NCBI GenBank assembly: GCA_951406725.2
Contig: CATOCA020000001.1
Coordinates: forward strand, 5,146,001-5,210,000
Source of the DNA: Octopus vulgaris
Taxonomy: Eukaryota
Direction of reading: 5' to 3'
Length of the DNA: 64,000 nucleotides
Shown piece after piece: positions 13,076 to 37,254 of the stretch; positions within the stretch are counted from its first letter, which is position 1, and every line of letters begins with the position of its first letter. A model generated the notes under the pieces. The model made no database searches and was not told the DNA's origin. It saw only the letters and a list, made by a program, of their open reading frames with translations. A program made the position numbers and the translations under genes.

Positions 13076-13137
13076 GGGGCGTGTAAACAAAATATAAGAT
13101 AGAGAATTCTAAAATAATTGTCAGTCTGTGAGACTGT

Positions 13138-13430
13138 AGGCATAGGAGTGGCTGAGTGGTAAGTAGCTTGATTACCAACCACCTGGTTCCGAGATCAGTC
13201 CCACTGTGTGGCAGCTTGGGCAAGTGTTTTCTACTATAGTCTCGGGCCAAACATGTACATATTTACGACGGGGCTTTCTTCAGTTTCCGTCAACCAGATC
13301 CACTCACAAGGCTTTGGTCGGCCGAAGCTATAGTAGAAGTCACTCGCCCAAGGTGCGACGCAGTGGGACTGAACACGGAACCATGTGCTTGGTACGCAGG
13401 CTACTTAACACATACCCCAACCCCGCTTAT
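13138..13430. mobile_element. Two family-A SINE 5' halves in opposite orientation (also 24536-24826)
   Basis: + head AGGCATAGGAGTGGCTGAGTGG runs to ~13250; minus-strand half spans 13265-13430. Confidence 0.7.
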
Positions 13431-13859
13431 ATTTCGAGAGTTATCTCCGCTTACTTGCCATCGAACTTAAATCCGGCAACAGAAAATTTGAAATTAATTG
13501 GGACCCCGGATCCGTTGCAACCGTTTAAAACTAAACTAAGGTAAATTCATTTTTATTTCATTTGGGACCATTTAACGCTTGAATGAACATCCTTTCATCT
13601 TAAACTCTGTCTGTGTGTCTATAAATTAATGATACGATATTAATTATCGTAAAAGTGCGTGATCCAATTATGAGATCAGGAAATTAATGCTTTTGTTTTT
13701 CGTTACGAAACTTACAAGGGCGTGGCCGCTTTGTGGGGGACAGAGATGGAGGTAACACAGAGTAGGGTCTCTGTTAAGTCAGCCTGAAATGGTGGGGTTT
13801 TGTGTAGATGTTTTAACAAGGGTGGATTTCTCCGCTGTGGAAACTAGATACCATTTAAT

Positions 13860-14053
13860 TAAGAAGAGTGGTCCTGGTGCGCGCACTCGTTTACTCGCGC
13901 ACGCGCGCTAGATAGTCGTGACTAGTCGATCCTACAACGACTACCTAGCAAAGTAAATGAAACACAATAACACAAAGTAAGGATCGACTAGTCACGACTA
14001 GCTTCCTCGGATGCGCTTGTACACGATTGCGCGCACGGGGGCCACTCGTCTTA
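13860..14053. mobile_element. CpG-rich MITE-like foldback element with ~75 bp inverted repeats (also 25258-25451, 33051-33244)
   Basis: TAAGAAGAGTGGTCC...TAGTCGTGACTAGTCGATCCT pairs with AGGATCGACTAGTCACGACTA...GGCCACTCGTCTTA; TA at both ends. Confidence 0.7.
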
Positions 14054-14782
14054 GGTTGTACCCTGTAAATTAATGTGTGTCTATAAATTAAAACTGAATG
14101 TGTGTGTATGTATACGTTTGTGTGTGTATGTGTGTGTGTGTGTGTGTATATTATTGATCCGTTCTTTCTGCATCTGGATCCCCTTCATGTTATTAACCCT
14201 TACCTGTTGTTCAAGGGATCACTTATTCCAATGGTTTGTCTATTAACAGGGAAAATGATAATCTAATCGTTCATTGCTGAGCAATTTTCAGTAAATGCAA
14301 ATGGAAACATACACACACACACACACATAGAAGAAGGTACTTGCCCAAGGTGTCATACAGTGGGCCAAAACTCTCCTGGTGTGAACATTTAAGGTGGTTT
14401 TAGACTCAAGTTTTGGCTGCTATGTCTAGTATGATGGTATCTCTTAGATACTCTTTTTCATAATTTTAATAATTTCGTGTATATATATACATGATTTGTG
14501 TATTATTATATGTGGTATATGTATATAACATGTTCCAGCTGGGGCGTGTTTGAACAATTCAGACGAATAGAAGCCATATGTATTGAAATCTAAATTTTTG
14601 TCTACTCTCCATGTTTAAAATTTTATGGAAAGCGACAAGAAAATGCGTGGGTGAGAATGATAGAGAGAGAGAGAGTGGAAGAGAAATAGAATAAGAGATC
14701 AAGAGAGGGTGAAATAGATAGAATGAAAGGCAGAGGGAGAAATAGATACATATATAATTAGACTTAGAGTGAGGGAGAGAAT

Positions 14783-26177
<11,395 letters not shown>

Positions 26178-26370
26178 AAAACAGGTAGACAATCTAGTTT
26201 ATCTAATCCCCCTCTCTATAAAGCTGTTCAATGTTCATTCTCACTCTCTTTTTGACTCTTTCTCACTCTCTCTGACTCTCTCCCACGAAAGAAGGACGTT
26301 GTGGAAGACAATTTAAATGCTAGAAATAGCAGCAAAACAACACCTTAGAAATATGGTATGATGATTTTAA

Positions 26371-26408
<38 letters not shown>

Positions 26409-26492
26409 GTATATATATATATATATGTGTGTGTGTATATATATATACATGTATATATGTGTGTATATATATATCTATATATTTACATATAC

Positions 26493-26548
<56 letters not shown>

Positions 26549-26601
26549 GTATGTATATGTGTATGTATATATATATATATATATTTATATACATGCAAGT
26601 A

Positions 26602-26640
<39 letters not shown>

Positions 26641-26655
26641 ATATGTATGTATATA

Positions 26656-26696
<41 letters not shown>

Positions 26697-26709
26697 GCAA
26701 ATATATATA

Positions 26710-26747
<38 letters not shown>

Positions 26748-27077
26748 CATTTACCCACCCTCATTAGTGAGAGTGGATGAATATATACTTTCATACATAC
26801 TTATATATATATGTAGTTTCATAGTTGTTATTTCGTCAACCCTGAAATGATAATTTAGTGTTGAATAATAGAATTCGAACCCAGAATGTAGGCTTCCAGC
26901 AAATAACTATAAATAATACCAACAGGATATGTGCTTATCAAGACATAGCAGTAATTGACGCTTTGTGTGTGTGTGTGCCCGTGCATGCGTGTGGGCGACT
27001 ACTTCGATTTTGTTGTGTTTGTGTTTCTGTATATATCTGTGCATGTATGTATGTGTGTATATATATATATATATATG

Positions 27078-28235
27078 TATAAGAAAATAGTAAAGTGTGA
27101 AAAAACGACAGAAGGCTTAAATGTTAAAAGATATATATATTTGTGTCAAAATGTCTGGAGAATATTGGAAAAATTTTTTTCCTTTCCTTAAAATGACATA
27201 ATTTTTAAATTTTTAAAGAAATTACCGGTTTCACGTGTAGCTTTTCAAATTTCTTGTGACGTTATGTTTATATTGCATGGATTTATCGTTGTTTTTATTT
27301 CCAGGAGATTTCTAAATAAGGGGAGGTAGTGAGTGATTTTTTCCGGTGTAGGGGAGATAATCGCTTAAAAAATTTTTTTCCCATTTCCTTGTTAATTTCT
27401 CTGTGTCAGTATGTTCAGATGGTTGAGTCTGGGTTTGTACTTTTCAATGAAGAATGTTTCCTTGTTCAGTCTCATTTGTGTTGATGATCCGAAAGCACAT
27501 TGGTAAAATGGGAAGATTAAAAATTGTGGCAGTCAGAAATTTAAGATCAAATCTAACTTTACTTGTGCCTCTGAAAACATAATTTATGTTATTAAATGCT
27601 CGGGCTGCCACCAAGACTACGTGGGCTCCACGGGACTATCACTCAGGCGCAGATGCACACTGCATCGACAACAGATTGCATTCCCAGAATATAGAATGAT
27701 ACCTTTTAGTGAGCACATTGAGAAATGCGCAAAGCAACTACTGCCACAATTTTTAATCTTCCCATTTTACCAATGTGCTTTCGGATCATCAACACAAATG
27801 AGACTGAACAAGGAAACATTCTTCATTGAAAAGTACAAACCCAGACTCAACCATCTGAACATACTGACACAGAGAAATTAACAAGGAAATGGGAAAAAAA
27901 TTTTTTAAGCGATTATCTCCCCTACACCGGAAAAAATCACTCACTACCTCCCCTTATTTAGAAATCTCCTGGAAATAAAAACAACGATAAATCCATGCAA
28001 TATAAACATAACGTCACAAGAAGTTTGAAAAGCTACACGCGAAACCGGTAATTTCTTTAAAAATTTAAAAATTATGTCATTTTAAGGAAAGGAAAAAAAT
28101 TTTTCCAATATTCTCCAGACATTTTGACACAAATATATATATCTTTTAACATTTAAGCCTTCTGTCGTTTTTTCACACTTTACTATTTTCTTATATATTC
28201 ACCCACGTGCTTTACCAAACAAACTTTCTTATCTA
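27078..28235 (+). mobile_element. 5'-truncated Penelope-like element: GIY-YIG endonuclease fragment with an inverted copy of its 3' end
   Basis: Frame from 27534 reads QKFKIKSNFTCASENIIYVIKCSGCHQDYVGSTGLSLRRRCTLH...H...MRLNKETFFIEKYKPRLN (IIY-CxxC-YVG, R, E, LN motifs). 27078-27533 is the reverse complement of 27740-28195. The site is an empty (TA)n in copy 2. Confidence 0.9.
28018..28057 (+). ncRNA. Minimal type-I hammerhead ribozyme candidate (U3-A8 core variant); inverted twin at 27216-27255 (-)
   Basis: AAGAAGT-TTGAAAA-GC-TACAC-GC-GAAA-CCGG-TA-ATTTCTT: 7 bp stem I, core, stem II, palindromic stem III, GUA site. Lies in the Penelope 3' UTR. Confidence 0.7.
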
Positions 28236-28266
28236 TATATATGTATATATATATATATATATGTAT

Positions 28267-28328
<62 letters not shown>

Positions 28329-31300
28329 ATTTCTTGATGTACGTGTGCTCATAACAATATATTATATATAAAATATATACATATATATATATATAAAGTG
28401 ACACGTGACTGTGTGGTGAGAAGCTTGCTTACCTACCACATTGTTCTGACTTCAATCTCACAGCGAGGCACCTTTGGTGAGTGTCTTATGCTATAGCCAC
28501 GGGCTGACCCAATCCTTGTGAGTAGATTAGGTAGATGGAAACTGAAAGAAGCCCATCGGATGTATATATATATATATATGTTTGTGTTTGTGTTTGTCAC
28601 CGCACCATCGCTTCACAACCAATGCTGTAGTGTTTACGTCGCCGTAACTTTGCGGTTCGGCAAAAGGTACCGATAGAATAAATACTAGACTTAAAAAGCA
28701 AGCAAATACGTACATATATACGCACATATACATACACATATATATACATATATAAATAGTAAATAAAGTTACTTCTGTTGGCAGCTAGACGCATGGGAAC
28801 AGTCTACCTTGGCATATATATCCCGCATATGGACGGGACAACAGTCCATCGCAGGGTGAGTCATTCTTGTCAAGGAATGTGAAATAAATTCCAACTCATC
28901 GCAAATGTTCATTAAACTAAAACACGTAAAGCTCTTCGAGGCTCCAGCAAGGGCTGGTGCCGAACCCTGCTGTATTATTTCACCACAACTTTCTCTCACT
29001 CTGTCTTCCTGTTTCTGTTGTACCTGTATTTCAAAGGGGCCAGCCGTGTCACACTATGTGTCACGCTGAATCTCACCGAGAACTACGTTACGGGTACACG
29101 TGTCTGTGGAGTACTCAGCTAGTTGCATATTAATTTCACGAAGAGTCTAAGGCGGCGTGCTGGCAGAAACATTAGCCCGCCTGGCGAAATACTTAGCAGT
29201 ATTTCGTCTGCCGCTACGTTCTGAGTTCAAATTCCGCCGAGGTCGACTTTGCCTTTCATCGTTTCGGGGTCAATTAAATAAGGACCAGTTACGCACTGGG
29301 GTTGATATAATCGACTTCGTCCGTTTGTCTGTCCTTGTTCCTCCCCTCTGTGTTTAGCCCCCTGTTGGTAGTAATGAAATAGGTATTTCGTCTGTCTTTA
29401 CTTTCTGAGTTCAAATTCCGTCGAGGTCGACTTTGCCTTTCATCCTTTCGGTGTAGATAAATCAAGTACAAGTTTCGTACCGGTGTAGATCTAATCGATG
29501 GCCCACTCCCCTAAAATTTCGGACCTTGTGCCTAGAATTTCACGAGTAGTCTTCCGTTGACTGGATCAACTGGAAACCTCTTCGTCTCAACCGACGGAGT
29601 GCCATAGTAGTATATATGTACACGCACACACATATATCTATATATTCGTTTCTTTTCTTTTATTCGTTTCTTTTACTTGTTTCAGTCATTTGACTGCGGC
29701 CATGCTGGAGCACCACATTTAATCGAGCAACTCGACCCCGGGACTTATTCTTTTGTAAGCCCAGTACTTATTCTATCGGTCTCTTTTGCCGAACCGCTAA
29801 GTAACGGGGACATAAACACACCAGCATCGGTTGTCAAGCAATGCTAGGGGGACAAGCACAGACACAAACACACACACGCATATATATATATACATATATA
29901 CGACGGGCTTCTTCACAAGGCTTTGGTCGGCTCGAGGCTATAGTAGAAGACACTTGCCCAAGGTGCCACGCAGTGGGACTGAACCCGGAAACATGAGGTT
30001 GGTAAACAAGCTACCTACCACACAGCCACTCCTGCGCCTATATATACAAGATATATAAATATTATTAACGATAATGTTACTATCTAACAAGAATAAATGT
30101 TGATGACGAAGCTGTTTTGGTTGAAAGGATCTGAAGAATTAGTAAGGAAGAAGATAGGAGCTTGTTACCATGGTGGAAACTGATTTGATGGAAGTAAAAC
30201 AGAAATACTATAGGGTGCAACCCGTGAAAAGTAAAGGCCAAGAATAGATACAGAGGTATGGAAGTTAAGAGAGAAGTGGGCTCCAGATGCGGGAGTTGGA
30301 CGGGGGCACATGTGAAATTAACTTCCCATAATCTCCAAGAGGATGTGTAGAAGTAACTCATAGTTTCTCTTCCTTGGGAGTGGGGTTTATGAGATTGTTT
30401 TGCCCTCACTCAAACTCTCCCTCTCTTTCACTCACACTCGTTCTCTGTGCCATTCTCTGTCCGTATCTGTTTATGCGCCCTTTTCCAGCCTAGTCAGCGC
30501 TCATGGGCCCGGTTTCCCGGTTTATGTGGCATATGTGTTCCCCAGCCGGACGGGACGCCAGTCCATCACAGCGTTACCAAAGAAACAGGAAGAAAGTATG
30601 AGAGAAAGTTGGGGCGAAAGAGTAGAACAGGGGTTCGCCACCACACCCTGCCTGAGCCTCGTGGAGCATTAGGTGTTTTCGCTCAATAAACACACACAAC
30701 ACACGGTCTGGGAATCGAAACCGCCATCCTCCGACCGCGAGTCCGCTCCCCTAACCACAGAGCCATTGCGCCCTCACAAAATAAATTCGCCCTTTTAAAG
30801 CCTAGACAGGCTCATGGGCCCGGTTTCCCGGTTTCAATGGCGTATGTGATCCCCAGCTGGAGGGGTCGCCAGTCCATCGCAGCGTTACTCATTTTTGCCA
30901 GCTGAGTGGACTGGAGCAACGTGAAATGAAGTGTTTTGCTCAAGAACCCTACGCGTCGCCCCGTCCAGGAATCGAAACCACAATCATGCGATCATGATGC
31001 TGAAACCCTAACTACTAAGCCACGCGCCTACACCCTACGTCCTTATATAAATAGAATAATCATCTACAAGTTGCACCTCGAGCTACAAATAATTCTGCTT
31101 ACTACAATTATAAGGTTTTAACTTTTGCTAATTAATTATATCGACGCCAAAGTTAATCTTGAGGGAATTGTATCGACCCTCAAATGATAAAAGGTGACGG
31201 GATTCGAACCCAGAATGTAAATTACCAAGGAATAGTTATAAATATTACTAACAAGTCATTGAGTGTGTCTCTAGTAGTAATTGTTAGTATGAAACAGGTG

Positions 31301-31726
31301 TGCCTGTGTGTGTGCGAATCGAAGAAAAGGTGTTTGTGTGACTTATGCCACAATAAGCGAAGAGTGTTGTTACACTTGACTTAACATTAACAACTGAAGT
31401 CGCTTTTATAAAAAAAAAAATTATACTTCTATCCCAGTAAACAACTCTATATACACCCACATACGTCTCTCAAGTCTCATAAGTCAAACAAATCAATCCG
31501 GGGACATATCCTTTGTAAGCCGAGTACTTATCCTATCGATCTGTTTTGCCGAACAGCTAAGTTACGCAGACATAAACACACCAGGGGAGAGAGAGAGAGA
31601 GAGAGAGAGAGAGGGGAGAAGGAGAGAAAGAGCGTGTGAGGCTATTTAGGCAAGTGTGTTTACTGTTGCCTTGGGCCATCAAACTCTTGTGAGTGAATTT
31701 GGTGAACGGAAACTGAAAGAAGCCCG

Positions 31727-31762
<36 letters not shown>

Positions 31763-33288
31763 AATATTAGGGAATAAATCCAAAGTTACTGGGAAAAATT
31801 ATATTCAGGATTAAATCCAATTTTATAGTATAAATATATTATATTGTATCATATTAAATTAGAGATAAATCCACTATTAGACAAATCAAACAGTGAAAAA
31901 CATAAAATTAATTTTAAAATATAAAAGTTAAACTTTAAAAAATTATTTACATAATTTATACTTATAAATTTTAAATATATATATACAAATATATATATAT
32001 ATATAAATGTGTGTATGTATGTATCTTTTATATTTATATATTATTTTATTTGATAATTTATTAATTAATTAATTTATTTAATTATTTATTTATTAATTTA
32101 TTTTATTATCATATAAATATCTAAAGTATTACAACTTTTAATAATTTTGATACTTATATAATAAAAAAATAAATAAATTAATGAATAAAATAATATATAA
32201 ATATAAAAATATACATACATACACACACACACAATATATATATATATATGTATTTGTATATATATATTTAAAATTTATAAGTTTAAATTATTTAAATAAT
32301 TTTTTAAATTATAACTTTTATATTTTTAAATCAATTTTATGTATTGGCTTATGTTTTTCACTGTTAGATTTGCCTAATAGTGATTTTATCTCTAATTTAA
32401 TATAATATATATATATAAATGTTTGCAGCTTGTTAAGAAGGTTCTGAAAACAATTACAGCACGGACATTTGATAAGAAACATAGAAGCAACTTCGATGAG
32501 ATTTTCTTTCCTTTTATATCGACCTCCATATTCAACTGGTCCTTATTTAATCGACCCTAAAAGCATAAAAGTCAAAGTTGACATTGGTGGAATTCGAACG
32601 CGGAATGTGAAGCTCCTGGGCAGGGCTCTAAACATTAGTAACAAGGTATTAGCTGGATGTGTGTGTGTGTGTGTGTGTGTAATGGTTAGGTGTGTGTGTG
32701 TGTGTGTGTAATGGTTAGGTGTGTGTGTGTATAATGGTTGGGTGTGTCACTTATTTTGTAATTGTTGAGTAGTGTTTATCACCTGCTGACTTTAAACCTG
32801 ACTTGACAAAATTTGTTTTGCCAAACAAAAGGTCGATTGTTAATCTAAGCCATTAAAACGACTATCATCATCATCATCATCATCATTATCAAATCTGTAC
32901 ACACACACACGTGGCCGCTTTGTGGCGGGAACAGAGATGGAGGTAACACAGAGTAGGGTCTCTGTTAAGCCAGCCTGAAATGGTAGGGCTTTGTGTATAT
33001 GTTTTAACAAGGTTGGATTTCTCCGCTGTGGAAACTGGGTACCATTTATTTAAGAAGAGTGGTCCTGGTGCGCGCACTCGTTTACTCGCGCAACTGCGCT
33101 AGATAGTTGTGACTAGTCGATCCTACAACCACTACCTAGCAAAGTAAATGAAACACAAAAACACAAAGTAAGGATCGACTAGTCACGACTAGCTTGCTCG
33201 GATGCGCTTGTACGCGATTGCGCGCACCGGGACCACTCGTCTTAGGTTGTACCCTGTAAATTAATGTGTGTCTATAAATTAAAACTTA

Positions 33289-33342
<54 letters not shown>

Positions 33343-33764
33343 GTGATAAAGTTAAGTTTCATGTATTTAGTGTCTGTAACTGTAACTCCCTCCCACTCCT
33401 TTTGCTGTTTTAGCTTTCTTTCTGACCTGTCCATAAATTATCTTTACAACTTCCACACTTCCGAACTTCAAATTGTAAACCCAGTGTTTATTTCAATACC
33501 TCGCTTCCTCCATTTCCTCCCTATCTTATTCTTCTCTTAGCCTATGTTATTAAGTCTGCTATGCGTATGTGTGTGTGTGTATAATATATACGAGCATTCC
33601 CCAGGCCTTTGTCTCCGTGTGTAGTGTACACAAATGTATTCATAAAACATCTTTCGTAATGCTTATGTATTAAGATCTTAATTAAAGGTTACAAGTCGAT
33701 ACCCTTCACAAGAAATAGTTTTAAATTCCAACCTTAAGTACACACACTCATATAGACACACACT

Positions 33765-33854
<90 letters not shown>

Positions 33855-34414
33855 CATATATATATACGTATATATACATACATATATATGTACATATATA
33901 TATACACATATATAATTATGTAGTCACATGATCGATTATACTGCAGGATGTTACACATCACTTGTCACAATGTGCTTTGCATCGTTTTACGTTTTGAATG
34001 ATGCCACTCCACTGGTTAGGAAAGCAGGCGAACATTCGGAAATCTTGGGAAAGGAAGGGCATTGCAAGAATCAAACCCACGATCTAGCTATTGTGAGGGT
34101 AACATCCGAATCACTATGCCATACAGCTACTCACACATGCACACAAGTATACACATACATAGACTTATATATGTACGTATATGCATTTAAAGCACTCATT
34201 TTACACCTTTTCTCCATACTACCATGGGTTGTATAAGTATATTATTGATCCATTCTTTTTGGATCTGGATCCCCTTCATGTTATTAACCCTTACCAGTTG
34301 TTCAAGGGATCACTTATTCCAATGGTTCGTCTATTAACAGGGAAAATGATAATCGTTCATAGCTGAGCAATTTTCAGTAAAAGCAAATGGAAACATACAC
34401 ACACTCAAGCAGGG

Positions 34415-34471
<57 letters not shown>

Positions 34472-34812
34472 TACGTACACTCACACAAACACACAGACAC
34501 TTCATTTTGGCAGTTTTTTCACTGGTCCTCAGATTTTGTCAGTGGTGTACGATGGGCTTCTCTCAGATTATCTCTATTTAATCCACTCAGAAGCCTTGAT
34601 CAGCCATGGGATTTAGAAGAAGTTATTTGCCCAAGGTGTCATACAGTGGGACAAAACTGGTGGTTGGCGTTTGGAAGGGCATCCAGCTGTAAAATCCCTT
34701 CCAAAATAGACAGTAGCCCAGGGTAGTTCTTTTCTACCTGGCCTGCTCCTGTCACCCATCTTACTCATGAATGGATGAAAAGTGGACGTTAAGTGATGAT
34801 GGCAATGATATA

Positions 34813-34866
<54 letters not shown>

Positions 34867-35438
34867 GGAAATTTATTAAATAATTATGAAATAGTCATAA
34901 AGATATTTTCAAAAATCTATAAAGTAAGCACTTGTTAATAGTGTCTGATTCGATCTCATCTACTTTGCTAGTGTTTTGACAAAGATTAATACAGGAGGTT
35001 TTATTGAACAAACTCTGTTTCATTGATTCTTTAAATATTTTTCGTAAATTTACCTTTCTCTGGAGAATCAGTTTGTCTTTGATATAAAGTGCCCTCCACC
35101 GTAGCTGGGGTATGATCCACAGATTTATAGCTCAACATGTACGCTGCCTCTACGTAGCTGACCAACAGACTGTACATTCCAATATTGAGGGTTTAATTGT
35201 AACCAGTCAATCTGTAATCTAACATAGAGACAAAACACAATGACTGTTGTTAGGTTTATTAGTGTCAAGAAGAGAATTCAGCTATGAATAATACTTTAGA
35301 TAAACTGAAGTTTACAATATCAATGTTATCTTTTGCAAGATTTTAGAACCATTAATTTCTGTTTATTGTTGTTTACCTCATTTTATATGTTTTTAAAAAC
35401 TGTTTTACTCTTTTTTTGACATCTTTTATTCAGAAGAC

Positions 35439-35516
35439 ATGGACTCAATCTTTGATAAAATTAGAAATAATGATGTGGAAGGATTGAAAATCTTAATTGA
35501 GGAGGAGCAAGGCGAA
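35439..35516 (+). CDS. Ankyrin-repeat protein, probable first coding exon (MDSIFDKIRNNDVEGLKILIEEEQGE)
   Basis: Polypyrimidine acceptor ...TTTTATTCAG ends at 35433; ATG at 35439; GTAAGT donor at 35517; phase 0 fits the next exon. Confidence 0.65.
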
Positions 35517-37254
35517 GTAAGTTGTTCTGTTTATTGCTTTCTCAAATTTGCCTATTTCTTTATTATTTTATACGCAATTTGAAAACTTCAAACTAACTGC
35601 ATATATTTCTCCATAATATTTCATTTCTTTCTCCATCTCTTTCCTCTAATTGCCATTAATGTTATAATAAAATTCTTGACCAAGGCAGTGAGTTGGCAGA
35701 AGCGTTAGCACGCCGGGTGAAATGCTTAGCAAAATTTCGTCTGTGTTTACGTTCTGAGATCAAATTCCACCGAGGGCGACTTTTCTTGTCATCCTTCCTA
35801 GGTCGGTATATTAAGTACTAGTTGCCTTCTGCGGTCGGTCTAATCGACTGGCCCCCTCCCCCAAAATGTCAGGCCTTGTGTCTTGTTTAGAAAAGAATAT
35901 TATTCTGGACCAAATTTTGAGCATGGCAAAGTAGATGGAATGTGAATGAGAGAGAAACCCATTATCGCACACTGCAAGGGAGTATTCTGATATGAAATAT
36001 TCAGAGGAGAAGAGAGACAAATGGAGTCCATAGATGGATGGTGACTTTTTAAAGAAGTCCTCTTGCCATACACAATCGAAGGTTTTACTGAAGTGAAGGG
36101 CTACACCATTTTATGCAGATTTTGTCAAACATATGAAAACATTGGTGTGTCACACAGGTACCAAGCCCCTCTTGATCTGGCTTTATAAGACTGTACTGGT
36201 GTTCATTGAATAATGAAAGATACCTAAAGGGACAAAGATGATGGTTGTTTGTGACTTTGTACTTCATAATTGAAACATTGGAAGTTAGAATGACTGGATG
36301 GTAGTCACTCGATAAGATATTGTCTGCAGGAATATTGAGCAGGATTTCCCAGTGAGGTCAGTACCACCCATGTGTGGGGGCGCTGTGGGAAAATATTATA
36401 TGAGTTTATGATTATATGTAACACAAAGAATGTGTACCCGAGTTTAACTGAAGCTATGTATCAACGGTTGGATCAGTAAAGAAAACTAAGTGGTGAAGCA
36501 TCAAGTATTCACTTATTCTGGTGAAGCTTCTGTGGTAAGTAGTCACCCATGTCAAGACTAGGATCGAGAGGGAAATTAATCTGATCTGGTATTAACTGAA
36601 ACGACATTAAAAATGTGTTATATAGAGCCGCAGCAAGGAAAGGGTCATTGGGAAATCCTTGGTAAATGAAAAGAAACCATATTTAAAAGGTTTGAGAATC
36701 CCTAGTATAGGACCGTCATGGTTAGGAAGCAGTTGGTAGAATGATTCTGTTAAATTTATAGAGATTCTATTGGTAGGAGACCAGAAATCTTGGTTTTAAA
36801 TTAGGAGTGAAGAGAGCTGACAGATGGTGAAATGCAGAAAGAAGCATCCTTTATTTTCTTGATGACCATCATACCTGTAATTCAATGGTGGGTGTATGCC
36901 TGCCACTTTGTGATGGTAGGTGTTTTCCTCCAGATGATGTTGATATTGTTGTCTAAACAGATGTATTACAGTTGTGTATGAACAACTCACACCTTTTAAC
37001 ATTTTGTATGGCTACAAAGTACTAACGAAGGACTTAATTTAAAATGAAGCACTGCCTTATTTATGTTTTTATTCCCCTATCGTTTCCTTTCATTTGTATC
37101 CACTTTTTCACATTTTGAACATATTCAACAGAAGTTGGTGTCATCCAGAAGTTCCCACAGATATCTAGTCTCAAATAATTACTTTGTATTAGATTCAGTG
37201 ACAAACATAAAGTGGTTTTCTTTCTCTTCATTGAGCTTATGCATGAATTGAACC

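Larger units (their letters stand above)
26178..34658 (+). repeat. Tandem segmental duplication, copy 3 (partial, with Penelope insertion; more diverged after 32911)
   Basis: Collinear with copy 1 up to 32910 (=~6982), then resumes at GTGGCCGCTTTG (=13721). Homology ends at CAGTGGGACAAAACT, 34658 (=14372). Confidence 0.9.

Noticed and set aside
35900-37250. Complex non-repetitive intronic sequence with short ORFs
   Set aside because: No splice-compatible exon or recognisable protein motif by eye; probably decayed transposon.
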